Shown: one piece after another, positions 33,468 to 34,256 of the stretch
Position numbering within the stretch: position 1 is the stretch's first letter
Layout: every line of letters begins with the position of its first letter
NCBI RefSeq assembly: GCF_006345805.1
Contig: NW_021831708.1
Span: forward strand, 1-34,256
DNA length: 34,256 nt
Origin: Octopus sinensis
Lineage: Eukaryota
Reading direction: 5' to 3'
The notes under the pieces: model-generated
Seen by the model: the letters and a program-made list of their open reading frames with translations, nothing else
What the model was told of the DNA's origin: nothing
Database searches by the model: none
Position numbers and translations under genes: made by a program

Positions 33468-34256
<789 letters not shown>

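Overview
Eukaryotic, AT-rich, repeat-saturated non-coding DNA. It is most likely an intronic or intergenic region of an octopus (coleoid cephalopod) genome, inferred from the tRNA-derived SINE families and microsatellite load. No intact protein-coding gene is supportable, and nearly all listed ORFs are microsatellite or SINE read-throughs. Contents: (i) over 30 copies of three tRNA-headed SINE families (here A, B, C), many with clear TSDs; (ii) a fragmented Tigger/pogo DDD transposase fossil on the minus strand (~28.4-30.2 kb); (iii) two non-autonomous Helitrons with an identical 3' end, one carrying the RepHel helicase C-terminus; (iv) several MITEs, fold-backs and hairpins. Two observations stand out. 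First, a tRNA-headed SINE-like element whose 3' part carries a Penelope-type minimal hammerhead ribozyme motif, inserted as an inverted composite with a 12-bp TSD (3873-4245); a second, unrelated hammerhead-like 127-bp insert also has a 12-bp TSD (18916-19042). Second, SINE-A repeatedly forms head-less ~184-bp concatemers with one fixed self-complementary junction (GAAATA-GG-TATTTC). Boundaries of degenerate copies are approximate and were read by eye.
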